Positions 53,721 through 64,000 of a DNA stretch of 64,000 nucleotides are shown here, piece after piece. The notes under the pieces are model-generated. The model searched no databases and had not been told where the DNA came from. It worked only from the letters and a program-made list of their open reading frames with translations. Positions within the stretch are counted from its first letter, which is position 1. Each line of letters starts with the position of its first letter. The DNA comes from an uncultured delta proteobacterium. GTDB taxonomy: Bacteria > Desulfobacterota > Binatia > JACPRU01. The position numbers and the translations under genes were made by a program. Location of the stretch: positions 96,001 to 160,000 of the forward strand of contig CAVUWD010000016.1 in assembly GCA_963745025.1 (NCBI GenBank), written 5' to 3'.

Positions 53721-54415
53721 CGGAGCTGATCGACGCGTTCGCGCGCGCGCGAGAGGACTCTTCCGTCGGTGTGGTGATCCTGACGGGCGAGGGCAGCGAG
53801 GCCTTCTGCAGCGGTGGCGATCAACGCGTGCGGGGCGAAGCGGGATACGTCGGCGGGGATGGCGTGCCGCGGCTGAACGTCCTCGATCTGCAGAAGGCGA
53901 TCCGCAGCCTGCCGAAGCCGGTGATCGCCATGGTCGCCGGCTATGCGATCGGTGGCGGCCACGTGCTCCACGTCGTCTGCGACCTGACGATCGCCGCCGA
54001 CAATGCGGTGTTCGGTCAAACCGGCCCGCGCGTCGGCAGCTTCGACGGGGGGTTCGGCGCGGGTCAGCTGGCGCGACTCGTCGGCCAGAAAAAGGCGCGC
54101 GAGGTGTGGTACCTCTGCCGCCGGTACGATGCGCGCAAGGCGTTGGCCATGGGCCTGGTGAACGAGGTCGTTCCGCTCGCGGAGCTCGAAGAGACGACGG
54201 TGGGCTGGTGCCGCGAAATTCTCGCGCAGAGTCCGATGGCGCTCCGCTGCTTGAAATCGGCGTTCAACGCCGAGCTCGACGGCATGGCCGGCATCCAGGA
54301 ACTCGCTGGCAACGCCACGTTGCTCTTTTACATGACCGAAGAGGGGCAGGAGGGACGCAACGCGTTTCTCGAGAAGCGAGAGCCCGACTTCCAGCGGTTT
54401 CCACGACTTCCCTGA
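53603..54415 (+). CDS. menB: 1,4-dihydroxy-2-naphthoyl-CoA synthase
   Basis: [31 protein letters not shown]; AGGAGG RBS. Confidence 0.96.
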   Translation: MRWETVREYEDITFRRAEGIARIAINRPEVRNAFRPQTVTELIDAFARAREDSSVGVVILTGEGSEAFCSGGDQRVRGEAGYVGGDGVPRLNVLDLQKAIRSLPKPVIAMVAGYAIGGGHVLHVVCDLTIAADNAVFGQTGPRVGSFDGGFGAGQLARLVGQKKAREVWYLCRRYDARKALAMGLVNEVVPLAELEETTVGWCREILAQSPMALRCLKSAFNAELDGMAGIQELAGNATLLFYMTEEGQEGRNAFLEKREPDFQRFPRLP

Positions 54416-54428
54416 AGCGCTCTGCGCC

Positions 54429-55298
54429 GTGCCGACTCCACTCGTCGCCTGGCTCGCCGCCGCCCGCCCGCGGACGCTCTCCGCGGCGCTCGCTCCCGTG
54501 GCCGTCGGCCTCGCGGTGGCGATGCGGGAGCACCCGATGGATTGGCTGACAGCCGCTGCCACGCTGGTCGCGGCGCTGCTCATCCAGGTCGGCACGAACC
54601 TCGCGAACGACTACTACGACTTCGTGAACGGCGCCGACACGCCGGATCGGCTCGGACCGTCTCGCATCACTCAAGCCGGTCTCGCCTCGCCGGCGGCCGT
54701 GCGGCGTGCGGCACTCACGGTCCTCGCGCTCGCCGGCGGAGTCGGCGTCTATCTGGTGGAGATCGGCGGCTGGCCGATCCTGACGATCGGCGTGCTGTCG
54801 CTGATGTCCGCGCTCGCCTACACCGGCGGGCCGTGGCCACTCGCCTCCCATGGGCTCGGCGAGGTGTTCGTCTTCCTTTTCTTCGGCGTAATCGCCGTCA
54901 ACGGCACCGTCTGGCTGCAGACGGGGGAGGCCTCGATGCTCGCGCTCTTCGCCTCGTTGCCCGTGGCCTGCCTGGCGACGGCGATCCTGGTGATCAACAA
55001 CCTCCGCGACATCCCGACCGATGCCCGCGCCGGCAAGCGAACGCTCGCGGTGCGGCTCGGCGCCACGGCGACGCGCGGCGAATACCTGCTGCTCGTCACG
55101 GCCGCGTTTCTCTGCGCGATGCTGCTGTCGCGGCTCGCCGGACCACGCGTGCTGCTGACGCTCGGCGCGCTGCCGCTCGCCCTCGTCGAAGCCCGGGCGC
55201 TCCCGCGGCGCACGGGAGCGGAGCTCAACCGGAGCCTCGCCGGAACCGCGCGCCTGCATCTGGTCTTCGGCGTGCTGCTGGCGATCGGTCTCGCATGA
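54429..55298 (+). CDS. menA: DHNA polyprenyltransferase
   Basis: ARPRTL, NLANDYYDF..GAD, NNLRDIPTDARAGKRTLAVRLG. Confidence 0.95.
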   Translation: MPTPLVAWLAAARPRTLSAALAPVAVGLAVAMREHPMDWLTAAATLVAALLIQVGTNLANDYYDFVNGADTPDRLGPSRITQAGLASPAAVRRAALTVLALAGGVGVYLVEIGGWPILTIGVLSLMSALAYTGGPWPLASHGLGEVFVFLFFGVIAVNGTVWLQTGEASMLALFASLPVACLATAILVINNLRDIPTDARAGKRTLAVRLGATATRGEYLLLVTAAFLCAMLLSRLAGPRVLLTLGALPLALVEARALPRRTGAELNRSLAGTARLHLVFGVLLAIGLA

Positions 55299-56353
55299 AC
55301 GTCGTTCGCGCGGAGTTCGCGCCGTTCTCGCTGCCGCTTCGCCGTCCGCTGGTGACCGCGCAAGGCTCGATCTCGCGGCGCGCGGGATTCTTGCTGCGCC
55401 TTCACGCAGAGGGCGGGCTCGTGGGAGTCGGGGAGGCGAGCCCGGCGTTCTGGCTCGGTGGAGAGCAGCTCGAGGAGACCGAGCGGTCGCTCCGCGAGAT
55501 CGTTCGCCGCGCGCGATTCCGCTCCGCCGGCGTGCTCGCATCGGATGCTGCACGCGCTGCGGCGTGCGCTCTGGAAACCGCCCTTCTGGATCTCGACGCC
55601 CGCGCCTCGGGAGTATCCGCGGCCGCGCGGCTCGGTGGAGGGACGCTACAGCCGATTCGCCAGAGCGCGCTGCTCGTCGAGTCCGGTCTCGAGGGCCTCG
55701 CGCAGGAGGTCGACCGGGCGCTGGCAGAGGGCGTGCGCTCGCTCAAGCTCAAGGTAGGCGGCTCGCGGAGCGAGGATCTCCGGCGGCTCGAGCGGGTTCG
55801 CCGGCACGGGGGACCGGCGGTGGCGATCGCGCTCGACGCCAACCGCGCCTGGGGCTTCGACGACGCGCGTGCGGCGCTCGAGGGATTCGCGCCATTCGCG
55901 CCCGCGTTCGTCGAAGAGCCGCTACGTTCCGACGATCTCGGCGATCTCGCCCGCCTGCGGGCGGCGACAGGCGTGCCGATTGCCGTGGACGAGTCGCTTC
56001 GAGACCTCGAAGACTTGGAGCGCGTCGCCGCAGCGCGTGCTGCCGACGTCGTGGTGCTGAAGCTCGCCCGCCTCGGCGGTCCGCGCCCGCTGATGACGAT
56101 GGCCGGCCGAGCGCGAGTCGCCGGCCTGCGCGTCGTTCTCACCGACTCGATCGACACCGCAATCGGCCGGAGTGCCGTGGCGCACGTGGCGTGCGCGCTG
56201 TCGATTGCGGAAGTCGGTCTTGGCGGCGCCCGGCTGCTCGCCGAGGACGTGGACGGCGGCGGCCCGAGCGGCGCGGCGATCGAGCCGCGCGGTCCGGGTC
56301 TCGGTGTCACGCTCGATCCAGGCTTCGAGAGGAGCCTCGATTGGCATGCCTGA
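55295..56353 (+). CDS. menC: o-succinylbenzoate synthase (enolase superfamily)
   Basis: LKLKVG, LDANRAW, FVEEP, VDESL, VVLK; operon context. Confidence 0.85.
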   Translation: MNVVRAEFAPFSLPLRRPLVTAQGSISRRAGFLLRLHAEGGLVGVGEASPAFWLGGEQLEETERSLREIVRRARFRSAGVLASDAARAAACALETALLDLDARASGVSAAARLGGGTLQPIRQSALLVESGLEGLAQEVDRALAEGVRSLKLKVGGSRSEDLRRLERVRRHGGPAVAIALDANRAWGFDDARAALEGFAPFAPAFVEEPLRSDDLGDLARLRAATGVPIAVDESLRDLEDLERVAAARAADVVVLKLARLGGPRPLMTMAGRARVAGLRVVLTDSIDTAIGRSAVAHVACALSIAEVGLGGARLLAEDVDGGGPSGAAIEPRGPGLGVTLDPGFERSLDWHA

Positions 56354-57884
56354 GCCGCTCCTCGACCCGGCGATTCCCTGGCTCTTCGCGCGTGCCCAAA
56401 GCGATCCTCGTGCGCTCGCGATTCGCTGCGACGGCGGGGAGATCTCCTTCGCCGAGCTCGCCGCTCGTTCCGAAGCCGTCGCCCGCCGGCTGCGGACCCT
56501 CGGCGTCGAGCCGGAGGATCGCGTGGCGGCTCTCGTCGGCTCCTCGGTGCGCTTCGTCGAGCTCGTTCATGCCGTGCAACGCTTGGGCGCGGCTCTCGTG
56601 CCACTCAACACTCGGTTGACGACGGCCGAGATCCTCGCGCTCCTCGACGATTGTCGGCCGAGGCTCCTGATCGTCGATCCGCAATCGACGGCGCTCGCCT
56701 CGGAGGTTGCGCTGCGGCGTTCGGGGACTCGCACGATCGAGGCGGGAGTCGGGATCGATCGCGTCTCTCCCTCGCGCGAGCTGCCCGAGGCGCGCCTCGG
56801 TGCGCATTCGATTTGCACGATCGTCTACACTTCGGGCACCACCGGCAAGGCGAAAGGAGCGATGCTGACGCATGCCAATCACTTCGCGTCCGCATCGGCC
56901 TCGCGCGCCAATCTCACTCTGCGTCCCGGCGATCGCTGGCTCGCCGTGCTGCCACTCCATCACGTGGGCGGGCTGTCGATTCTGCTGCGCAGCGTGATCG
57001 ACGGCAGCGCCGTCGTGCTCCACCGCGGCTTCGACGCGGGGCGGGTGGAACGCGCGATTCACGAGCAAGGGATCACGCTGCTCTCGCTCGTGGGGACGAC
57101 GCTCCGGCGCCTGCTCGACCATTCGGCAGGCAGGCGGTACCCGCGATCGCTCCGGGCGGTCCTGGTCGGCGGCGGGGCGACTCCGCCGGAGCTCTTGGAG
57201 CGGGCTCGGGCGCTCGGCCTTCCGGCGCTCGCGACCTATGGCCTCACCGAGGCGGCTTCGCAGGTCACGACCGAGCCCCTCGGAGGGGATCGCGATGCGG
57301 CGGGAAGCGCGGGGCGAGCGTTGGTGGGAACGCGCGTGGCGATCGCCGATCCCGACGTGCACGGCGATGGCGAGATCCTCGTCGCGGGACCGACGGTGAT
57401 GGCGGGCTACCTCGGTCGCAGCGAGGAGACCGAGCGCCCGCTTCGGGGCGGATGGTTGCACACGGGGGACGTCGGCCGGCTCGACGCGTCCGGGCGCCTG
57501 TACGTTCACGATCGGCGGAGCGATCTCATCGTCAGTGGCGGCGAGAACGTCTATCCCACGGAGATCGAGGTCGTGCTGCTCGGCCATCCGGACGTGAGCG
57601 AGGCCGCGGTCTATGCCGTGCCGGATCCGGAGTGGGGACAGCGTGTCGGCGCGGCGGTGGTGCTACGAGCGGGGCGTCATCTCGACAGCGGTGAGCTTCG
57701 GGAGTGGTGCGCGGCTCGGCTGGCACGCTTCAAGCTCCCCCGGACGATTCGCTTCGTCGACTCGCTGCCACGCACGGCGTCGGGAAAGGTGAAGCGTCAC
57801 GAGGTCGCTCGGTCCGGAACCCGTAACGACAATTCGAACAGGCTGCCGCCGTCGACGTTGAGCGAGCGGCCCTCGAAGCGCTAA
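56346..57884 (+). CDS. menE: o-succinylbenzoate-CoA ligase
   Basis: YTSGTTGKAKG, TYGLTEAASQV, WLHTGDVG, SGGENVYP. Confidence 0.92.
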   Translation: MPEPLLDPAIPWLFARAQSDPRALAIRCDGGEISFAELAARSEAVARRLRTLGVEPEDRVAALVGSSVRFVELVHAVQRLGAALVPLNTRLTTAEILALLDDCRPRLLIVDPQSTALASEVALRRSGTRTIEAGVGIDRVSPSRELPEARLGAHSICTIVYTSGTTGKAKGAMLTHANHFASASASRANLTLRPGDRWLAVLPLHHVGGLSILLRSVIDGSAVVLHRGFDAGRVERAIHEQGITLLSLVGTTLRRLLDHSAGRRYPRSLRAVLVGGGATPPELLERARALGLPALATYGLTEAASQVTTEPLGGDRDAAGSAGRALVGTRVAIADPDVHGDGEILVAGPTVMAGYLGRSEETERPLRGGWLHTGDVGRLDASGRLYVHDRRSDLIVSGGENVYPTEIEVVLLGHPDVSEAAVYAVPDPEWGQRVGAAVVLRAGRHLDSGELREWCAARLARFKLPRTIRFVDSLPRTASGKVKRHEVARSGTRNDNSNRLPPSTLSERPSKR

Positions 57885-57893
57885 GAGAGTGCC

Positions 57894-59276
57894 GTGGATC
57901 CTCTGTCACTGACCCTGGCGCTCGCGCTCGGGGCTGTGGCCGCGGTGCTCGTCGGGCTGGCGCTGCGCGCGGCCGGATCGGGCGCCGGGCCCGCGGCGAT
58001 CGCCGAGCTCCGTGTGCGGCTCGAGGAGCGCTCGGCACGCGCCGCCGCGCTCGAGACCGAGTGCGCCGAAGCGCAGCGGAGAATCACCGAGCTCGCCGCC
58101 GCCAAGGAAAGGCTTTCCGCCGAGCTCGAGCACGAGCGGCGAACGGGTCTTGAGAAGCTCGCGCTGCTTGCGGACGCCGAGATGAAGCTTCGCGAAGCCT
58201 TCCAGAGCCTTTCGGCCGAGGCCCTTCGCCAGAACAATCAGTCGTTTCTCGATCTCGCCAGGACGTCGCTCGGCGAATTCCAGAAGAGCGCCGTCGCCGA
58301 GCTCGAGGGCCGCCGGCAGGCGATCGGCGAGCTCGTCAAGCCGGTTCGCGAGTCGCTCGACAAGGTCGACTCGAAGCTCCAGGCCGTCGAACGAGAGCGC
58401 CTGGGGGCCTATGCGTCGCTCAGCGAGCAAGTGAAGTCGCTCGCTCAGACCCAGCAGCAGCTGCACTCGGAGACGGCGAAGCTCGTGCGCGCCCTGCGCA
58501 CGCCCGCCGTGCGGGGGCGCTGGGGAGAGATCCAGCTGAAGCGGGTCGTCGAGCTCGCGGGCATGGTCGATCACTGCGACTTCTACGAGCAGCAGAGCGT
58601 GACGACGGAGGACGGTCGCCTGCGCCCCGACCTTCTCGTCAAGCTGCCCGGCGGTCGAAACATCATCGTCGACGCCAAGGCGCCCCTCGGCGCCTACCTG
58701 GAGGCCTTCGAGGCAAGCGACGAGGCGCTGTGCGAGGTGATGCTCCGCGACCACGCGCGCCAGGTCCGCGATCACATGACGAAGCTCGGCACCAAAGCCT
58801 ATTCCGCCCAGTTCGAGCCGGCGCCCGAGTTCGTCGTCATGTTCTTGCCAGGCGAGACCTTCTTCGCCGCGGCGCTGCAGCACGACCCCGAGCTCATCGA
58901 GTTCGGCGTCGACAAGCGCGTCATCCCCGCGAGCCCGACGACGCTCATCGCACTACTGCGAGCCGTTGCCTACGGCTGGCGCCAGGAGCAGCTCGCGGAG
59001 AACGCTCAGGCGATCAGCGAGCTCGGCCGGGAGCTCTACGACCGGCTTCGTTCCATGGCGGAGCACTTCGTACGACTCGGCGGTCAGCTCGACAGGGCGG
59101 TGTCGGCATACAACGACGCCATCGGGTCGATCGAGCGCCGAGTGCTCGTCACCGCCCGCCGCTTGAAGGATCAAGGAGCGGGGACGGCCGACGAGATCCC
59201 CGTGCTCGACGCGCTCGACCGATCGGCGCGCGTTCTCCAACCGGCGCTCCCAGAAGGGGAGAGCGAAGAGTCCTGA
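57894..59276 (+). CDS. rmuC: DNA recombination protein RmuC
   Basis: RGRWGEIQLKRVVELAGM, RPDLLVKLPG, VDAKAP, SPTTLIALLRAVAYGW. Confidence 0.93.
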   Translation: MDPLSLTLALALGAVAAVLVGLALRAAGSGAGPAAIAELRVRLEERSARAAALETECAEAQRRITELAAAKERLSAELEHERRTGLEKLALLADAEMKLREAFQSLSAEALRQNNQSFLDLARTSLGEFQKSAVAELEGRRQAIGELVKPVRESLDKVDSKLQAVERERLGAYASLSEQVKSLAQTQQQLHSETAKLVRALRTPAVRGRWGEIQLKRVVELAGMVDHCDFYEQQSVTTEDGRLRPDLLVKLPGGRNIIVDAKAPLGAYLEAFEASDEALCEVMLRDHARQVRDHMTKLGTKAYSAQFEPAPEFVVMFLPGETFFAAALQHDPELIEFGVDKRVIPASPTTLIALLRAVAYGWRQEQLAENAQAISELGRELYDRLRSMAEHFVRLGGQLDRAVSAYNDAIGSIERRVLVTARRLKDQGAGTADEIPVLDALDRSARVLQPALPEGESEES

Positions 59277-59465
59277 ATGCCGACGCTCCATGCTCGTGCT
59301 CGCTGCGGCGAAGGTCACTCCGTGCTGCGAGCGCCAGGGCGATCGCCGCGACGGCCCGCGTGTTCTTCGTTGAAGAGCCCGAATTGTCGATTGAATTGAT
59401 CCTCGATTTCACGAGACGCCGCGCTTCGACTTGACTCTCAATTGCGGCGGACGCACGTTCGTGGC

Positions 59466-60041
59466 GTGAAGCGGCTCGTCGCGAGCACCGTGCTTGGGTT
59501 GATCGCCATCGCGGCGGTGGCTGCGGCGGACGCGATTCAGAAGTGGCGGACGCCCGAGGGGTCTTTGTATTTCGGCGATCGCCCCCCCGCCGGCAGCACC
59601 CTCCTCGACACCTATGCGGATACGCCTGCGCCGCCCGCGACGGTCGTCTCGTCCGACGTTGCCAGCCTGTCGCAGGCGGCCGCCGATGGTCGTGAGATCA
59701 TCCGTCGCCGCGAGGCGTCGCGGGAGGCGGAGCGACAGGCCGACGCGGCGCGGGAAGCGCGGATGGCAGAGATCGCCGCCATGCAGGTCGGCGAATACGT
59801 CCCCGCACCGTCTTGGTTCATCACCAGTACGGTTCCCCCATGCCGCTTTGGTGAGCCTTGCGCGCACGAGGACGTTCGAACCCACCGCCATCAGGGTCCG
59901 CACCACGGTACTGTCGGTGGCTTCGTCCTCGACCACTTCGCCACCGCAGCGGTTCCGCCGTTTCGTCCCGCGCCAGCTCCGCCGCCTCGGACCGCCCGCG
60001 GGTCGTTTCAGATGTCGCCGCGGCTTGGCGGAGCGCACTGA
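59466..60041 (+). CDS. DUF4124-domain exported protein
   Basis: Signal peptide, then IQKWRTPEGSLYFGDRPP. Confidence 0.75.
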   Translation: MKRLVASTVLGLIAIAAVAAADAIQKWRTPEGSLYFGDRPPAGSTLLDTYADTPAPPATVVSSDVASLSQAAADGREIIRRREASREAERQADAAREARMAEIAAMQVGEYVPAPSWFITSTVPPCRFGEPCAHEDVRTHRHQGPHHGTVGGFVLDHFATAAVPPFRPAPAPPPRTARGSFQMSPRLGGAH

Positions 60042-60113
60042 GCTGAGGCTGGAAGCGGAAGTACCTCTGACCTCTCCCCGTCGTCGGGGAAAGGGGATTC
60101 ATGACTGCTTGTC

Positions 60114-60743
60114 CTATTTCCCGTTGAGACCGAGGGCGACGCGGATCGATTCGATCGACCGCTCCTTCCAGTACCGGCCATGGTTCGTCGTGGTCATGAA
60201 GGAGCGCCGCTCCATGCGGTCGATGTAGAGGCAGCCGTTCAAGTGGTCGATCTCGTGCTGGAGGATTCGGGCGTGCCAGCCGTGCGCCTCGATCACCACG
60301 GGCTCGGCACGCTCGTTCAGGCACTCCACGCGCACGGCTCGGGCGCGAGCCACGAGGGCAGTGAACCCGGCCACGCTGAGGCATCCCTCGAAGAATTCCA
60401 CCCGCTCTTCGGCGATGACGGACAGCCTCGGGTTGATGAGAACGCAGAACGGAACGACCGCGCGCTCACGCTCCGCGATCCAGACCGGATCGGCGCCGTG
60501 CACGTATTCGGCGCGGTCCTCGATGACGGCGAGCTGCAGCGACTCACCGATTTGCGGCGCCGCGAGACCGACGCCCGGAGCATCGCGCATCGTGTCGCGC
60601 ATCCGCTCGATGAGGTCCTGGATTCTCGGGCTGCCGATCTCATCGGTTGAAACCTCCCGCGCCCCCACCCGCAATACGGGCTCGCCAACCTGAAGAATCT
60701 TCAGCCGGAGGGCCGAATGCGCGTCCGAGGGTTCGTTGGCCAT
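60114..60743 (-). CDS. def: Peptide deformylase
   Basis: [25 protein letters not shown]. Confidence 0.95.
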   Translation of the reverse strand: MANEPSDAHSALRLKILQVGEPVLRVGAREVSTDEIGSPRIQDLIERMRDTMRDAPGVGLAAPQIGESLQLAVIEDRAEYVHGADPVWIAERERAVVPFCVLINPRLSVIAEERVEFFEGCLSVAGFTALVARARAVRVECLNERAEPVVIEAHGWHARILQHEIDHLNGCLYIDRMERRSFMTTTNHGRYWKERSIESIRVALGLNGK

Positions 60744-60772
60744 CGCGGTCGTCTAGTCGGGCCGGGGCCAGG

Positions 60773-60828
60773 TTGACAAGTCACGGCGAGGATATAGTAT
60801 TTGAAACAGTACCGCTTAGGTACTCTTT
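60773..60828 (+). promoter_or_regulatory. Sigma70-type promoter and dyad operator for the suf operon
   Basis: TTGACA (60773)-16 nt-TAGTAT; then AAAcAGTACC-gctta-GGTACTcTTT inverted repeat at 60804-60828. Confidence 0.6.
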
Positions 60829-60844
60829 AAGCCGAGGCTGCGAC

Positions 60845-61315
60845 GTGATCCGCATAACCAAACTCACCGATTACGGGATCGTGCTGCTCACGCACTTCGC
60901 GCGCCATCCCGAGCGGCTGACGCGCAACGCGCCGGAGATCGCGGCGGCGGCACGCCTGCCGCTACCGACCGTGAGCAAGATCCTGAAGATTCTCGCTCGC
61001 GAGGGGCTTCTGGTGCCGCACCGCGGCGCCAAGGGTGGATTCAGCCTCGCCCGTTCCCCGCGAGACATCACAGTGGCCGATATCATCAGCGCGTTCGAGG
61101 GGCCGATTGCGCTCACCGAATGTAACACCCATGGCGCGGACCGATGCGGCATCGAGTCGCTCTGCCCGGTGAGCACGAACTGGCAGCGTATCAACCGCGC
61201 CGTGCTGGACGCGCTCAGCGGGGTCACGCTCGCGGAGATGGCCTCGCCGCGCCCGGCTCTGCCCCCCCTGCTCGCGTCGCGGGGCTCCCGCGCCGAGGCG
61301 CGAACAGGATCCTAA
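60845..61315 (+). CDS. Rrf2-family SUF Fe-S cluster assembly regulator
   Basis: [21 protein letters not shown], three Cys (LTEC..C....C). Confidence 0.9.
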   Translation: MIRITKLTDYGIVLLTHFARHPERLTRNAPEIAAAARLPLPTVSKILKILAREGLLVPHRGAKGGFSLARSPRDITVADIISAFEGPIALTECNTHGADRCGIESLCPVSTNWQRINRAVLDALSGVTLAEMASPRPALPPLLASRGSRAEARTGS

Positions 61316-61332
61316 CCGCGTTGGAGACGCTC

Positions 61333-62790
<1,458 letters not shown>

Positions 62791-62795
62791 TGGAA

Positions 62796-62880
62796 CGGCT
62801 ACCGGCTACCGCCTTCCGACTACCGCAAAAGACCCCAAGAAGGCTTTGCCGGTAGTCGGTAGCCGGAAGCCGGAAGCCGA
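62796..62880. repeat. Heptamer-repeat inverted hairpin between sufB and sufC
   Basis: (CGGCTAC)2..CGACTACCG facing CGGTAGT CGGTAGC CGGAAGC CGGAAGC. Confidence 0.65.
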
Positions 62881-62890
62881 AGGGAGTCGA

Positions 62891-63646
62891 ATGCTACTCG
62901 AAATTCGCAATCTCCACGTGAGCATCGACGGCAAGCCGATTCTCCGCGGTCTCGACCTCGCGGTCGCCGAAGGCGAAGTCCACGCCGTCATGGGCCCGAA
63001 CGGCTCGGGTAAGTCGACGCTTGCGCAGGTGCTCGCGGGGCATCCCGCCTACGAGGTGACCGCGGGAGAGGTCTTCTACCTCGGCACGAACCTGCTCGAG
63101 ATGCCCGCCGAGAAACGGGCGCGGGAGGGCATTTTTCTCGCCTTTCAGTATCCGGTCGAGATCCCGGGAGTGGCAAACGCATACTTCCTGCGCGCGGGGT
63201 TGAACGAGATCCGCGCGTACCGAGGGCTCGAGGAGCTCGACGCCATGGAGTTCCTGGCGCTCCTCAAGGAAAAGCTGAAGATCGTCGATATGGACTCAGC
63301 GATGATGTCGCGGGCCGTGAACGAGGGGTTCTCCGGCGGCGAGAAGAAGCGGAACGAGATCCTGCAGATGGCGGTGCTCGAGCCGAAGCTGGCGATCCTC
63401 GACGAAACCGACTCGGGGCTCGACATCGATGCGCTGCGTGTGGTGGCGACGGGAGTCGAGAAGCTTCGTCGTCCCGACAACGCCACGATCCTCGTCACGC
63501 ACTACCAGCGGCTGCTCAACTACATCACGCCGGATCACGTGCACGTGCTCTATCGGGGCCGGATCGTGAAATCGGGCGGCAAGGATCTCGCGCTCGCGCT
63601 CGAGGCCAAGGGCTACGACTGGCTCCGCGAGGAAGCGGCGACGTGA
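62891..63646 (+). CDS. sufC: Fe-S cluster assembly ATPase SufC
   Basis: MGPNGSGKST, FSGGEKKRNEI, LDETDSGLDIDAL. Confidence 0.97.
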   Translation: MLLEIRNLHVSIDGKPILRGLDLAVAEGEVHAVMGPNGSGKSTLAQVLAGHPAYEVTAGEVFYLGTNLLEMPAEKRAREGIFLAFQYPVEIPGVANAYFLRAGLNEIRAYRGLEELDAMEFLALLKEKLKIVDMDSAMMSRAVNEGFSGGEKKRNEILQMAVLEPKLAILDETDSGLDIDALRVVATGVEKLRRPDNATILVTHYQRLLNYITPDHVHVLYRGRIVKSGGKDLALALEAKGYDWLREEAAT

Positions 63647-64000
63647 GCGGCACCGAGCATTTCGTCGGCGATTTCCGGAGATTCGTCTCGCGCGCCGAGC
63701 GTCCGGTGCCGCCGTGGGTCGCCGCGGTGCGCGAGACGGCGATCTCGCGCTTCGCGGAGGTCGGCTTTCCGACGACGCGCGAGGAGGACTGGAAATACAC
63801 GAACGTCGCTCGGCTGGTGAGCGTTCCCTATCGCGCGGAGCTCGAGAGCCGTGAACGGCGCGATGCTCGACGCATCGCCGGTGCGAGCCTGGTCGGCGGC
63901 GCGGCGACGAGCCGCCTCGTCTTCGTGAACGGCGGCTTCGTGGCGGACGCTTCGGACCTCGGACGATTGCCTGCGGGGGTTCGCGTCGAGAGCCTGGCCG
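63643..64000 (+). CDS. sufD: SufD, 5' part (runs off window)
   Basis: GTGA coupling; GFPTTREEDWKYT, LVFVNG. Confidence 0.88.
   Translation, partial: MSGTEHFVGDFRRFVSRAERPVPPWVAAVRETAISRFAEVGFPTTREEDWKYTNVARLVSVPYRAELESRERRDARRIAGASLVGGAATSRLVFVNGGFVADASDLGRLPAGVRVESLA

Overview
High-GC bacterial DNA from a diderm organism. Several protein families suggest a Candidatus Binatota/deltaproteobacterial-type lineage, but that is inference only. 1-8 kb: a divergent locus with an exported atypical-kinase-fold protein, a small helical protein and an Omp85 barrel on the minus strand, facing two tandem nucleotide-transporter (NTT/TLC-like) paralogs and a multi-BON protein. 8-26 kb: a general-stress/desiccation-type island with DUF1328, small lipoproteins, YtxH/ElaB/holin-like proteins, a sigma54 activator, an ECF sigma factor, a hybrid kinase, surE and a DAG kinase. 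It also carries genes of three trehalose routes, of which only treY looks intact. 26-29 kb: ydbH-ynbE-ydbL. 29-43 kb: a mosaic of IS256, group II intron RT, terminase, M23 and cyclase remnants mixed with intact genes, including a pgsA-like/class V aminotransferase/pgpA operon. 43.8-45.0 kb: two tandem AhpD/CMD-like genes that the ORF track splits in two. Each has an in-frame UGA in a CxxU motif and a covarying SECIS-like hairpin, so they are probably selenoproteins. 45-64 kb: CoA-transferase A/B, an SDR, a long palindrome, a MerR-led classical menaquinone operon (menG-F-D-H-B-A-C-E), rmuC, def and an Rrf2-sufBCD operon. No rRNA, tRNA or CRISPR array was recognised. Family assignments come from motif recognition by eye; no database search was run.
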